A stretch of DNA of 64,000 nucleotides from Candidatus Magasanikiibacteriota bacterium (GCA_041674805.1 JBAYVA010000003.1:27029-91028); one strand, 5' to 3'. Counted from the stretch's first letter, positions 37,571-48,923 are shown. Program-made: numbers and translations. Notes: generated from the letters alone by a model not told the origin.

Positions 37571-38533
37571 ATGCCTTACTATTACGATTTGTTAATAGCT
37601 ATCATGATAATTACAACTGCACTACCTGCAGTAATTTTTTTGTATAATCTTTTCAACAAAAAAAACACTTGGGAAAAAAGACACAAAAAATTAACTATAT
37701 CTTTTTCTACAATTTTATTTTTAGGAACAACTATTTTGATTTGGGGTAGTTTTATTGAATCAAAATTATTGTTAGTCAACAAACAAAATATTGATTTAAC
37801 ACAAATAAATCAAGAAATAAAAATAGCTTTTGTTTCAGATATTCATGCTGGACCATACAAAAAAACAAAATGGGTAGAAAAAATAGTACAAAAAATTTTA
37901 GAACAAAAACCAGATATTATCTTAATTGGTGGTGATGATTTGTACAACAGTGATTACAATGAACAAGAATTAAATTATTTGTCCCCTCTTCAAAATTTAA
38001 CAAAACAAATTCCAACTTATGCTATCGCAGGTAACCATGAATATGGTATTGGAGATGGCAAGGCTACAAAAAGTCGTACCGCAGATTGGAGTAAAGAACA
38101 TGCTCAAAAATTACAAAAACTAGGTATCAATTACTTAGAAAATAATTTGAAACTACTAAACATAAAAAATCAAAATATATATCTTTTTGGAGGTGATTCT
38201 ATTTTGGCACAAAAACTTGATTATCAAATATTAAATACCCGAGAAAAAAATATACCAACAATAGCTCTAATTCATAATCCAGCTTTTTTATTCAAAACTA
38301 CTTACCCAAAATTTGATTTGACACTCTCAGGACATACTCATGGTGGACAAATTCGTTTACCTTTTTTAGGACCTATCGGACGAGTAGACAGTATCATCCC
38401 AGCCGATTTTTACCAAGGTTTACATAAGCAAATTAATGGTACTTATAATTTTATTTCTAGTGGAGCTGGTGAAAGTGGACCAAGAGCCAGACTTTTTAAT
38501 CCACCAGAAATTGTACTTATCACAATCAAATAA
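37571..38533 (+). CDS. Membrane-anchored metallophosphoesterase (calcineurin-like)
   Basis: VSDIHAG, GGDDL, AGNHEYG and GHTHGGQIRLPFLGPI phosphoesterase motifs, with N-terminal TM helices. Confidence 0.8.
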   Translation: MPYYYDLLIAIMIITTALPAVIFLYNLFNKKNTWEKRHKKLTISFSTILFLGTTILIWGSFIESKLLLVNKQNIDLTQINQEIKIAFVSDIHAGPYKKTKWVEKIVQKILEQKPDIILIGGDDLYNSDYNEQELNYLSPLQNLTKQIPTYAIAGNHEYGIGDGKATKSRTADWSKEHAQKLQKLGINYLENNLKLLNIKNQNIYLFGGDSILAQKLDYQILNTREKNIPTIALIHNPAFLFKTTYPKFDLTLSGHTHGGQIRLPFLGPIGRVDSIIPADFYQGLHKQINGTYNFISSGAGESGPRARLFNPPEIVLITIK

Positions 38534-38646
38534 AAATAATATTTTATCAAAAAAATACAATATTATATAAAAAAAACTACTTTATTTAAAGCAGTTTTTT
38601 TATTATATCATCCCACATTTTTATGCGTCAATCTCAATTTTAAAAT

Positions 38647-39150
38647 TTAAGAAAATATACTTCTAATAGTTCCTCCAGCAAACAAAGTTATCAAAGTTAC
38701 AATAGTAGCAGCCATACAAACACCTGCCAAAATTAATGGCCAAGATTTTTTTAAAGGAATATTGAAAATAAAAGCAGCCATAGAACCAGTCCAACTACCA
38801 GTAAAAGGTAAAGGAATACCTACAAAAATTATCAATCCCAAAGCACCATATTTATCATAATTACGAGCAAAAGCTTTTTCAGCTTGCTGTAATTTTTTGT
38901 TGAACATGTTACCAAATATTTTTGATTTTTGAAAAAAATTATTTAATTTTGGCATCATCCAAAGTATAAATAAAGCCGGCAAAAAATCTCCAATAACTGC
39001 TATAATCCAAACTTTCCAAATTTCTAACTTGTAAGCTTCAATTCCGATAGGTATAGAAGCACGCAACTCTGTAATAGGAATCATGGACAAAAAAAATACT
39101 GCCCAATAATGATTTACATTTGAAAAAAATTGTATAATTTCATTGACCAT
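38647..39150 (-). CDS. Small membrane protein, possibly of the small multidrug export protein family (PF06695-like)
   Basis: Four TM helices with a conserved-looking ITELRASIPIG segment. Confidence 0.35.
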   Translation of the reverse strand: MVNEIIQFFSNVNHYWAVFFLSMIPITELRASIPIGIEAYKLEIWKVWIIAVIGDFLPALFILWMMPKLNNFFQKSKIFGNMFNKKLQQAEKAFARNYDKYGALGLIIFVGIPLPFTGSWTGSMAAFIFNIPLKKSWPLILAGVCMAATIVTLITLFAGGTIRSIFS

Positions 39151-39159
39151 AAAATAAAA

Positions 39160-40206
39160 TTACTCCCAAAGATAATTATCCAAAGCCCATTGTGCTATTC
39201 TTTTAGCTTCTGTAAATCTTTTTTCATGCTCTTTTGCTCCCAAGATAACAACATCAATTATATTACCATCCTCATTCTCTACAGATACTGTAAAATTGTA
39301 AAGAGAACTTTCAATATAACCAGTTTTACCACCGTTTATTTTCAAAGAATTTGGAACCCAACCAAGCAACAACCAATTAGTATTCCAAGCTTGTATACTT
39401 TTGTTTCTCTCTTTTGAAAAAAATTTTACTTCTTTCATATTCAAAGCTCGAGATATTTCTTCTTTGCTAAGAGCTTCTTTCAAAAGTATAGCCACATCAG
39501 AAGCTGTAGAAATATTACGAGCATCCAAACCAGTAGGTTCTACAAAAAAAGTATCTACCATACCCAAATTTAAAGCTTTTTTATTCATCAAATTTACAAA
39601 TTCTTCTCTACTTAAACCACTAGCATCTACCAAACTCAAAATAGCTTTGTTGGAAGAAGCTACCAAAGAAATATTCCACAAATCAGCTATAGTAATAGTA
39701 TCACCTCCATAAATATGATTACCACTTACTTCATCCAAAGCTACAGTAGTAGTAGCCTCCAAGTTCAAATTTAACTCTGACAAAATCAAAGCACTCATCA
39801 ACTTAGTAATACTAGCTAGAGCATGTTCTTCATAAGTATTTTTACCATACAAAATCATACCACTTTTTCTGTCCTTCACTAAAATATTAGAAGCTGTAAA
39901 TTCTGAAGCACTCAATGGTGTAGATGACGAAGATAATTTTGGTAAAATAATTTTTTCTTCTTCAAAATATACATCACCACCTATTTCTAAATTCAAATCA
40001 ACCACTTCTTCTTTTACAATAGCTACAGATTCTTGCAATCTTGGAAAAGCTAATGATAAATAATGAATTCTTTCTTGATCAAACTGATAATAAAAAAATC
40101 CTGTGGCAACAAAAAAAATTAATAAAAAAAATGTATAAAAATTTTTTTTCCAATTAGTAAAAATATAAAAAAATTTAGTTTTCTCTTTGAAATTTACTTC
40201 AATCAT
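39160..40206 (-). CDS. Serine-type D-Ala-D-Ala carboxypeptidase (peptidase S11, PBP5-like)
   Basis: SITK (SxxK), SSNKA (SxN) and GKTGY (KTG) motifs, with an N-terminal TM anchor. Confidence 0.8.
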   Translation of the reverse strand: MIEVNFKEKTKFFYIFTNWKKNFYTFFLLIFFVATGFFYYQFDQERIHYLSLAFPRLQESVAIVKEEVVDLNLEIGGDVYFEEEKIILPKLSSSSTPLSASEFTASNILVKDRKSGMILYGKNTYEEHALASITKLMSALILSELNLNLEATTTVALDEVSGNHIYGGDTITIADLWNISLVASSNKAILSLVDASGLSREEFVNLMNKKALNLGMVDTFFVEPTGLDARNISTASDVAILLKEALSKEEISRALNMKEVKFFSKERNKSIQAWNTNWLLLGWVPNSLKINGGKTGYIESSLYNFTVSVENEDGNIIDVVILGAKEHEKRFTEAKRIAQWALDNYLWE

Positions 40207-40208
40207 AA

Positions 40209-40760
40209 TTAATTAGTACTTAAAATGTTTTCTTCATCTTTTTTATTTTCCAACAATTCATTGCTATGCAAAGATTCATAATCTGGTAATTCAGTTATAT
40301 CACTAACACCCAAGAAACGCAAAGCATCAATAGAAAGTTCATAGACAGGTAAAAGATGCTCACTATCTTCATATTCGTTGACAAGTCCACGAATAAGTAA
40401 ATTACGCAAAATCACAGCGCAATTGACGCCTCTGATATTTTCTATTTCTGGTCTAGTAATAGGTCCACGATAAGCCACTACTGTCAAAGTCTCTAATTGT
40501 GCTTTGGTCAAATCTTCTTTGAACTCTATTTTGACAAATTTTTCTACAAATTCTGTATTATTTGGGTTACTCACCAATTGTACATTATCTTCTAATATCA
40601 CCAAATGTACACCAGAAATATCTGTATATTTATTCAAAAGAGCATCCAAAGCATTTTCTACTTCACTAAGAGAAACATCCAAAGATTTGGCAATTTTTTT
40701 TATAGACAAAGGTTTTGAAGCTACAAATAGTACTGATTCTAAAACTGAAACTATATCCAT
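40209..40760 (-). CDS. scpB: Segregation and condensation protein B
   Basis: Winged-helix GPITRPEIENIRGVNCAVILRNLLIRGLV. Confidence 0.85.
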   Translation of the reverse strand: MDIVSVLESVLFVASKPLSIKKIAKSLDVSLSEVENALDALLNKYTDISGVHLVILEDNVQLVSNPNNTEFVEKFVKIEFKEDLTKAQLETLTVVAYRGPITRPEIENIRGVNCAVILRNLLIRGLVNEYEDSEHLLPVYELSIDALRFLGVSDITELPDYESLHSNELLENKKDEENILSTN

Positions 40761-40801
40761 ATTTTTTACTAATTTTAAATTTTATCCCGATTTTATCGAG
40801 A

Positions 40802-41503
40802 CTAAATTTTTGATAATTCTATATCACCAAAAGATTCATCCTGACGTAAAACTATATCATTTTGTTTAATAAGTTCCAAAACAGCCAAAAAAGAAACAAT
40901 CACTTCTGTACGAGAAGTTGCAGTTTCTATCAATTTTTTGAAGCTAACTTTTTTATTAGCTTTGAGCATTTCTTTCATTTTATCTATTTTTTCCTTTATC
41001 GTGATCGTCTTATCTATATAAGTTCTAGGCAAAGCTTTTGGAGGTTGTAATCTCTTTAACAATTGTACCATAGATTGGGACAAAGTTTCCAGTGAAAAAT
41101 TGATTGGACGTACTATTTCTGTAGCTTTCTTAATTTCTTCGATATGTGGATAAGCTGTTTTTTTTTCATCCAGCCACATTTTGTGTAGTTTATGACTAAC
41201 TTCCACAAAACGACGATACAAACGCAATTGTTCATCCAAATTAATATCACTTTCTTCATCATTATCAATTTGTGGCAATAAAGAACGAGATTTGAGCAAA
41301 AGCAATTTGGCAGCAACAACCAAAAAATCAGACAACTCCTCTGCTTCTATTTCTTCCAAACTCTCTAAATAATTCAAAAAAGGTTCTGTCACTGCAGAAA
41401 TAGATATTTCACTTATTTCCATTTTCTTTTCATCAAGCAAAGACAATAACAAATCAAGTGGACCTGAAAATTCTTTAGACTGTATTTGTAAATTATTTTT
41501 CAT
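40802..41503 (-). CDS. scpA: Segregation and condensation protein A
   Basis: FSGPLDLLLSLLDEKKMEISEISISAVTEPFLNYL is the ScpA N-terminus. Confidence 0.85.
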   Translation of the reverse strand: MKNNLQIQSKEFSGPLDLLLSLLDEKKMEISEISISAVTEPFLNYLESLEEIEAEELSDFLVVAAKLLLLKSRSLLPQIDNDEESDINLDEQLRLYRRFVEVSHKLHKMWLDEKKTAYPHIEEIKKATEIVRPINFSLETLSQSMVQLLKRLQPPKALPRTYIDKTITIKEKIDKMKEMLKANKKVSFKKLIETATSRTEVIVSFLAVLELIKQNDIVLRQDESFGDIELSKI

Positions 41504-42224
41504 AAACTCCAGATTTTAAGTTTTGTTTTATCTTAAACAAATCAGCCAAGATATGAAAACTGTGTTTGTACAAAGAGACACCACCTTTTTTCTTTAATAA
41601 TTTTCTATCAATAGAAACTGTTAACTCATAAATAGAATATTTATAAATAACAGCTATAATAAAAAGCTCAATATCAAATACCCAACGAAAAGTAGTCACT
41701 CGTGAAAAAATAGATTGAAAAACTTCGGTTCTAAAAAATTTGAAACCACACTGAGTATCTTGAAAATTAGTAACTTCTCTTGGTATAAAAAGTCTAAATA
41801 TCTTTCTCATCACTGATCTATAAAAACTATACTGCTTTTCTTCATTTTCTTTTCTACTGCCCACTACAATATCATATTTTGACAAATTTGTCTGCACTTC
41901 CAATAGTTTAGATAAACCGTAAGGTAATTCTGCATCAGTAAAACCCACAAAGCTACTGTCCCCCTTCACATATTTACTAGCATATTTTATTGCATAACCT
42001 TTTCCTTTGTTTACTTCGTAACCACAAATAATAATTGGCAAAATTTCATTTTTAATTTTGAAATCTTGTAATAACTCTTGTGTTTTGTCGATACTACCAT
42101 CATTGACAAAAATTACCTGACATAAAATATCAGAATTATTCACAAAATCCAAAATTTTACTAAAAGTACTAGATAAAACTTCTGCTCCATTGTAAACAGG
42201 AATTATCAAAACAATATTAGACAT
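41493..42224 (-). CDS. Family 2 glycosyltransferase (dolichyl/polyprenyl-phosphate sugar transferase-like)
   Basis: IIPVYNGAEVL...FVNDGSIDKT plus a DxD-like region. Confidence 0.8.
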   Translation of the reverse strand: MSNIVLIIPVYNGAEVLSSTFSKILDFVNNSDILCQVIFVNDGSIDKTQELLQDFKIKNEILPIIICGYEVNKGKGYAIKYASKYVKGDSSFVGFTDAELPYGLSKLLEVQTNLSKYDIVVGSRKENEEKQYSFYRSVMRKIFRLFIPREVTNFQDTQCGFKFFRTEVFQSIFSRVTTFRWVFDIELFIIAVIYKYSIYELTVSIDRKLLKKKGGVSLYKHSFHILADLFKIKQNLKSGVYEK

Positions 42225-42228
42225 ATAT

Positions 42229-43704
42229 TTAGTCTCCTTTATATTTTAAACTTTCTTCGCTATTATCTACAACAACAAATTTCATATTAGTATTATCCCA
42301 AATTAATAATAAATTACCTTCTTTATAATATTTATCAAAAGCCTTGTCCCATTTTATCTCTGAATCCCACTTGTCTAACTGCAAAATATGGTCAGAAGAA
42401 ACATACTGAGCATACATATATATATAATACTGATTACTAAAAAATGGATAAGCTTGTACAATTATGACTTTATTGGATTTTTCAATTTGTGGCTTTAATT
42501 CTGTAAATGAATTTATCATACCATACATTTGTTTTTGTAAATAATTGTACTCTCTAAATAAAATTTTAGACTGATAAAAATTGAAGATCAAATATATCGC
42601 TACAAAAAAAACAACCAAAAATTTTCCAACTTTTTTTTTCTCTAACTTAGTAAATATTATTGTCAAAAACAAAGACCATCCTACAGCGGGCAAATATGAG
42701 TAACGTCCTTGTACAATGGCATGCCAAGAACCAAAATAGAAAAAAACCAAAGGTAAAAAAGTGATAATAATAAAAGAAATTGCGTACCAATAAATATCCC
42801 AAGATTTTTTAGTTTTATAAAAATAAACAGTAGTAGAAAATAAGATCAATAAAAATATATAAAAAAAATAAATATTGTCCAATACAAGTCTGACTGAAGG
42901 CTCATAAATTAAAGCAAACATGGACATTACTAATATGTAAAAAGCTCTTATATCTATTTTATACACCCCCTGATCAATCCAGATAGAATTTTTTTGTACT
43001 AAATAACTATAAATAAACAAAAAAACAGCGACTATAAAAAAATAAAATAAATCCCTAATATACTTTTTATTAAAAAAATTTTTGTGGTTTATTTTGCTTA
43101 AAAAAACATAAGTCAAAGGCACCAAGGCAAAGGCTACAATTCCATTTTCTTTAGTTAAAAAAGCAAATAAAGCCGATAGCAAAGAAAGAAATAAAAATAT
43201 ATTTTTGGTAACCACTTTGTCTTCTGCAAAATATTTTTGATAAAAAAGTAAAGACAATAATACAAATGTAGACACCAACACATGCATTATAGAACTAATC
43301 CAAACTTTAGTCTCAAAACTAAAAGTGGATGTCATAAAAATTAAAGAGGCTAAAAGAGATGCCCATTTTGATTTTGAAATTTTTTGCAAAAACAAAAAAA
43401 CCAAAAAACCATTTAGACCATGAAGAAGTAATACACCCACATGATACATCTTATAACTATACGGGAAAAAAGATTGGCCAATATAAAAAAACAAATTTAC
43501 AAAAAAAGAATAGAAAGTTGTGACTTTGAGATGAAACAACTGCCAAAAATCATTTTTTATAATATTACCAAATTCTAACCAATTATAATCATCCGATAGA
43601 AAAAAATTATTAATTGTATAATAATAAAAAAATAAAGAAAACGACAAGAAAAAAAACAAATATTTTATATAGAAAAAAATTCTTTTTTTTACTAGGTTAG
43701 ACAT
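42229..43704 (-). CDS. Polytopic membrane protein, putative GT-C-fold glycosyltransferase (PMT/ArnT-like)
   Basis: More than ten predicted TM helices and a C-terminal soluble domain. It lies immediately downstream of the GT2 gene in the same direction. Confidence 0.4.
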   Translation of the reverse strand: MSNLVKKRIFFYIKYLFFFLSFSLFFYYYTINNFFLSDDYNWLEFGNIIKNDFWQLFHLKVTTFYSFFVNLFFYIGQSFFPYSYKMYHVGVLLLHGLNGFLVFLFLQKISKSKWASLLASLIFMTSTFSFETKVWISSIMHVLVSTFVLLSLLFYQKYFAEDKVVTKNIFLFLSLLSALFAFLTKENGIVAFALVPLTYVFLSKINHKNFFNKKYIRDLFYFFIVAVFLFIYSYLVQKNSIWIDQGVYKIDIRAFYILVMSMFALIYEPSVRLVLDNIYFFYIFLLILFSTTVYFYKTKKSWDIYWYAISFIIITFLPLVFFYFGSWHAIVQGRYSYLPAVGWSLFLTIIFTKLEKKKVGKFLVVFFVAIYLIFNFYQSKILFREYNYLQKQMYGMINSFTELKPQIEKSNKVIIVQAYPFFSNQYYIYMYAQYVSSDHILQLDKWDSEIKWDKAFDKYYKEGNLLLIWDNTNMKFVVVDNSEESLKYKGD

Positions 43705-43946
43705 AATAATACAAAATTAAAAAATAAAACAAATACTTTTATTCTATTATTTTAACAAAAGAAAAAATCATTTTAAGTTAGAGATTATAATTTATAGAGT
43801 CTAAAATTTCTAAAGTATAACTACAAAAATTAATTACAAAAAATGTGTCTTAATATCAAAAACTTAACTAAAACAAAAAGACTATAGAATATAGACTTTA
43901 GTCAACTGTCTATAGTCTTTTTGCAAATAAATATTTTCAAAAACTT

Positions 43947-45737
43947 TTATACCGTTTTTTTCACTTCAATGCTAAGTTCTTTCAATTGCTCTGGTGTAGC
44001 TTCTGATGGACTACCAACCATTGGTTCTTCTGCTCTTTGATTTTTTGGAAAAGGAACTACAGTACGAATATTTTTTTCTCCCAAAAGTAACATTGTCATA
44101 CGCTCAATTCCCGGCGCAAAACCACAGTGAGGTGGAACACCATAAGAAAAAGCTTGAATCATGTGACCAAATTTTTTGTCCACTACATCTGGACCGTAAC
44201 CAGCTATTTCAAAAGCTTTATACATAACATCAGGATAAGTATTGCGGACACCACCAGAAGAAAGCTCAAGACCATTGGCAATAATATCATATTGTTCAGC
44301 AACAATATCTAATGGGTCAGAATTTTGTAAAGCTTCCATACCACCTTGTGGTAAAGAAAAAGGATTGTGACCAAAATCAATTTTGCCAGTTTCTGGATTT
44401 TTTTCGTACATTGGGAAATCAACTATCCAAGCCCAAGCAATAATATTTGGATCAAGCAAATTCAATTTGTCAGCTACAAGAGTTCTCACAGCACCCAATG
44501 CTTTGGCAGAAGTTTCCCAATCATCGGCACCAAAAAATATTATACAATTTTCTTCTATTTTTAATAAAGATTTTAATTCTGCAAGTTGTGCTTCATCAAA
44601 AAACTTAGCAACTCCGCCATCAAAATTACCATCAACATACTTGGTCCAGGCTAAACCTTTGGCATGAGCACGCTTAGCTACATCAGTAAATTCTTCATCA
44701 ATTTCTTTACGAGAAAAAACTTCGCCTTTTGCTACGACCATAGCACGCACAAATTCAGCACTAGAAAAAACTTGAAAACTAGTTTTGTGAGCCCAGTCAC
44801 TAATATTTTTTATTTCCAAATCACAGCGTAAATCTGGTCTGTCTGAACCATATTTTTCAATCGCTTCACGAAATGGAATACGTGGAAAAGGTTTACTTAA
44901 AACTTTTTTGGTTGTTAAATTTTCTGTAAGTTCAATAAAAAGTGGCTCCATCAATTGGAAAAATTCTTCTTTTTCCATAAAACTGACTTCACAATCTAGT
45001 TGGTAAAATTCACCAGGACTTCTGTCTGCTCTTGGATCTTCATCACGCATACAAGGAGCGACTTGGTAATATCTGTCCATACCACCAACCATGAGCAATT
45101 GTTTATATTGTTGTGGTGCTTGTGGCAAAGCATAAAATTTACCAGGATGAATACGAGATGGCACCAAGAAATCACGTGCACCTTCTGGTGAACTCACTGT
45201 CAAAATTGGAGTAGCAATATCCAAAAAATCACGTGATTCCAAAAAATCACGCATATACTTCACCATTTTTGTTCTAAAAATTAAATTTTGTTTTAGTTTT
45301 TCACGACGTAATTCAAGAAAACGATATTTGAGACGAAGTTCTTCATCATCTTCACCTTTGTTGGTTTCAAAAATTTCAAAAGGCATTGGTTTAGCTTCAC
45401 TCAAAATTCTTATTTCAGTTGCTACCATTTCAATCTCACCTGTACTCAAATCTTTGTTAACATTCTTTTCATCACGAGCTTCAATACGACCCTTAACTGA
45501 AATCACATACTCATATTTCAATTTTTCAGCCAAAGAAAAATCTGCCATATTGTCTGGATTGAAAACAATCTGAGTAATACCATATCTATCACGCAAATCA
45601 ATAAAAACAAGACTACCCAAATCACGACGACGATGTACCCAGCCAGCCAAAATTACTTCTTCCCCCACATTTGTTTTTTTTAATTCCCCACAATTTTTTG
45701 TTCTGTATGACATACTTTTAAATGCTTGTCCGCCCAA
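43947..45737 (-). CDS. aspS: Aspartyl-tRNA synthetase
   Basis: N-terminal OB anticodon-binding domain and class II motifs (FRTKMVKYMRDFL; CMRDEDPRADRSPGEFYQLD; GGVPPHCGFAPGIERMTMLL). Confidence 0.9.
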   Translation of the reverse strand: MGGQAFKSMSYRTKNCGELKKTNVGEEVILAGWVHRRRDLGSLVFIDLRDRYGITQIVFNPDNMADFSLAEKLKYEYVISVKGRIEARDEKNVNKDLSTGEIEMVATEIRILSEAKPMPFEIFETNKGEDDEELRLKYRFLELRREKLKQNLIFRTKMVKYMRDFLESRDFLDIATPILTVSSPEGARDFLVPSRIHPGKFYALPQAPQQYKQLLMVGGMDRYYQVAPCMRDEDPRADRSPGEFYQLDCEVSFMEKEEFFQLMEPLFIELTENLTTKKVLSKPFPRIPFREAIEKYGSDRPDLRCDLEIKNISDWAHKTSFQVFSSAEFVRAMVVAKGEVFSRKEIDEEFTDVAKRAHAKGLAWTKYVDGNFDGGVAKFFDEAQLAELKSLLKIEENCIIFFGADDWETSAKALGAVRTLVADKLNLLDPNIIAWAWIVDFPMYEKNPETGKIDFGHNPFSLPQGGMEALQNSDPLDIVAEQYDIIANGLELSSGGVRNTYPDVMYKAFEIAGYGPDVVDKKFGHMIQAFSYGVPPHCGFAPGIERMTMLLLGEKNIRTVVPFPKNQRAEEPMVGSPSEATPEQLKELSIEVKKTV

Positions 45738-45971
45738 GGCGGATCCGCCTGGGGCGGAAAATGCCTAAAATGCTTAAAAAGCTTAAAGGCTTAAATTACT
45801 TAATTAGTTTAGCAAGATATTACATATAAATCAAGAGCTTTTAAGATAAAAACTATTTGCCAAAAAAACATACTTTAACTCAAATATTTTAAAACATTAA
45901 TTATAAAATAAAAAAATATTAGCTTAATTAAGCCAATATTTTTTATATTTATAACAAATTTTGATATAAAA

Positions 45972-48026
45972 TTACAACTCGTCTAAACTCTTCAAAAAAC
46001 TCCTCACCGCTGGCTTTTCATCACCCAAAGCCTCATAAGTCACATCATCCACATCGTCCGACGGATCAAAAAAAGCACTGGAACTACTACTGTCTATCAT
46101 ATTTATTTCCAATAAAGCATTGTCAATTTCTTCTAGAAAAATACTAGGACCCTGCAACAAACTATAAGAACTACTAACAAGCGGATAAGTGATGTAAAGA
46201 TATTTTTTGGCGCGAGTAACAGCGACATAAAAAAGACGACGTTCTTCTTCTAGTTCTTTACTACTTCCAGTGGATCTTTCATTGGGAAATTGTCCAGCTG
46301 AAACGTTCAAAATAAACACAGCGTCCCACTCCAGACCTTTGGCTTGATGAACTGTTGAAAGTACAATCTGTTCATCGTCTTTGTGACTATTTTCGGTTTG
46401 TTTATTATTATAATTTTCTTGCAAACTTGCTTCACCTAGAAATCTATCAAGTGCTTGCGACTCTTCCAACTTAAGGTAACTATCAGCAAACACAGCTAAC
46501 TGCTCCAAATCTTGCAAGCGCTCACGATAATCTGGATATTCACTTTCCAAATATTCCAAATATTTTGATTTCAAAATTCCCCGAATCAGATCACTTGGAA
46601 ATTTTTTGCCAGAACTTTGCATAGTATTAAACACACTAAGAAAATCTGACCAACCAATCTTGGCGCGAGCAGACAATGAAATAGAAATACTAGCTAAAAT
46701 GTCATTAACATTTTCTTGCGCTATCGCAATTTGACTATACAATTTTTCAGCGCTAGCCGGACCAATACCAACTTGCATATTAAGCACACGACTCCACGCT
46801 ACACTATCATTTTTATTGTTTAGAATTCTCAAATAAGCCAAAACATCTTTGACATGAGCACGCTCAAAAAATCTAGTACCCCCACGATAATCATAAGGAA
46901 TATCACGTTTGGCAAGTTCCATTTCCAATGCTTGTGAGTGAAATGCAGCGCGAAAAAGTACGGCTATTTTATTTAGTCCTACTCCTTCATCACGCAATTC
47001 CAAAATACGCTGTGCAATAAATTCAGCTTCTTCACTACTCTCACTAAAAGCATGTACTTCTGGTTTGGCAAAAGCAGCGATGACACTACGTAATTCTTTT
47101 TTGTATTGATTTTTGTTATTGGCTATTACTTCATTGGCTACACTCAAAATTTCTGGAGTAGAACGATAATTTGTTTCTAGTTTATAAATCTTGGCCTCTG
47201 GATAATGCTTTTCAAAATCAAGAATATTTTGGATATCAGCCGCGCGAAAAGAATAAATACTTTGAGCATCATCCCCCACTACCAAAATATTTTTGTGATG
47301 ACTAGCAAAAAGCTCAATAACTGAAGCTTGGATTCTATTGGTATCTTGATATTCGTCCACCAAAACATATTTGAATTTTTCTGAATATTTTTTTCTAATA
47401 TGTTCATTTTTGTACAACAGCAAAAATAGATTGACGAGCAAATCATCGAAGTCCATGACATTGGCATTCAATTTTCTTTTTGAATATTCTTGTGCAATAC
47501 GACCCAAGACTTCATCCAAATCTACCCAATTAGGATATTTTTGTTCCAAAACATCTTTGACAGTAATTTTGGCATTACGAGAATAACTGATAATAGATTG
47601 GATGACATTTGGTGAAGGAAAACGACGTTCTTTTTTATCCACGCCTTCTTGCTTGATACAAATTTTTAGCATATCACGAGAATCCTCCGAATCAAGAATA
47701 GAAAAATTGTTTTGATAACCAAGTAATGGTGCATACTGACGTAAAATTTTATAAGCCACCCGATGAAAAGTACCAGACCAAGGCATTTTTATTTTGCCAC
47801 CAGTCAACTGACTCACTCTTTCAGTCATTTCTTTGGCAGCTTTGTTGGTAAAAGTGAGAAGCAAAATTTGATCAGGTTCAATACAGTGTTCAAGCAAGTA
47901 CGCCACGCGATAAGTAATAGTGCGTGTTTTTCCAGAACCTGCTCCAGCCAAAACCAAACAAGGGCCATCACTGTTATGGATGACCTCGAGTTGTTCTTGA
48001 TTTAATTCTTCAGCAAAATTTAGCAT
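45972..48026 (-). CDS. uvrD: UvrD/PcrA/Rep-family ATP-dependent DNA helicase
   Basis: GPCLVLAGAGSGKTRT (Walker A), YVLVDEYQDTN (motif II) and VHQAKGLEWD (motif VI). Confidence 0.9.
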   Translation of the reverse strand: MLNFAEELNQEQLEVIHNSDGPCLVLAGAGSGKTRTITYRVAYLLEHCIEPDQILLLTFTNKAAKEMTERVSQLTGGKIKMPWSGTFHRVAYKILRQYAPLLGYQNNFSILDSEDSRDMLKICIKQEGVDKKERRFPSPNVIQSIISYSRNAKITVKDVLEQKYPNWVDLDEVLGRIAQEYSKRKLNANVMDFDDLLVNLFLLLYKNEHIRKKYSEKFKYVLVDEYQDTNRIQASVIELFASHHKNILVVGDDAQSIYSFRAADIQNILDFEKHYPEAKIYKLETNYRSTPEILSVANEVIANNKNQYKKELRSVIAAFAKPEVHAFSESSEEAEFIAQRILELRDEGVGLNKIAVLFRAAFHSQALEMELAKRDIPYDYRGGTRFFERAHVKDVLAYLRILNNKNDSVAWSRVLNMQVGIGPASAEKLYSQIAIAQENVNDILASISISLSARAKIGWSDFLSVFNTMQSSGKKFPSDLIRGILKSKYLEYLESEYPDYRERLQDLEQLAVFADSYLKLEESQALDRFLGEASLQENYNNKQTENSHKDDEQIVLSTVHQAKGLEWDAVFILNVSAGQFPNERSTGSSKELEEERRLFYVAVTRAKKYLYITYPLVSSSYSLLQGPSIFLEEIDNALLEINMIDSSSSSAFFDPSDDVDDVTYEALGDEKPAVRSFLKSLDEL

Positions 48027-48030
48027 GTTA

Positions 48031-48900
48031 TTATCTCATTTTTTCAATATAATCCTTTAATAACCTTATCAATTTAGATTTAATCTCTGTAAAAGTTGTT
48101 TTGTCTTTAACACGACAAGATAAATCCTCACCAGATTTTAAAGTCAAAGTAACATCATACCAATTAGTACTAGTTTTAATAATATTATAAGAATCAATTT
48201 CACCTATATTTTTCAAAGCTTGTTCTATACGATTTTCAGTACTTTCTTTAGCAGATAATTCCTCTTGTTTTTTAACACTCATACTTCTTTCCAAATCTCT
48301 TATAGCTTTTATACCATGAACCATTCTTCTACCTTTGTCAGTTAATATATACTTATCATTATCATTTTTTTCTATCAAATTTCTTTCGAGAAGACTTTCT
48401 AACTCTTCTTCACCTATCATTTCTTTAAAAAATAAATCAGCAACAAGTATTCTAATATCAGAATCATTTATTTGAATAATAGCATGGTGACCATCTAAGG
48501 CTTCTAACCATTGTCGTCTTGCAGTATCCAATGGAGTTTTTGCTTTTGGTTTTTTTCCTGCAGTAGATCTATCTACTTTAGGCATTTCTCTTTTATGTCC
48601 TTTTGGATTAACAGCTTCTTCGGTAGGAGATACTAACATTGCTTTATCTGTCAAATTACCATTCTCATCAACAAAACCATTTTCAATAGCCTCAGCCAAT
48701 TCACTATTATAACTACCAACTTCTCCATAATTTCCTATTTTTTTACCATATAATGAGACTTTCAATTTCACACTATCACCATAACCAGAAAAACCCATAA
48801 ATTCATTACTATCACCAAGATAATGAGAAATCTCCAAATAATGTTCTTTACTTTCAGACATATTCAAAAAATTAAAAATAAACTGTGCTAATACTAACAC
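48031..48900 (-). CDS. Hypothetical protein
   Basis: Protein-like ORF co-directional with uvrD, immediately upstream of it; no recognisable motifs. The true start is probably the internal MSESKEHY. Confidence 0.35.
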   Translation of the reverse strand: MLVLAQFIFNFLNMSESKEHYLEISHYLGDSNEFMGFSGYGDSVKLKVSLYGKKIGNYGEVGSYNSELAEAIENGFVDENGNLTDKAMLVSPTEEAVNPKGHKREMPKVDRSTAGKKPKAKTPLDTARRQWLEALDGHHAIIQINDSDIRILVADLFFKEMIGEEELESLLERNLIEKNDNDKYILTDKGRRMVHGIKAIRDLERSMSVKKQEELSAKESTENRIEQALKNIGEIDSYNIIKTSTNWYDVTLTLKSGEDLSCRVKDKTTFTEIKSKLIRLLKDYIEKMR

Positions 48901-48923
48901 ATCTTGATTTTTCTTTCAAAAAA

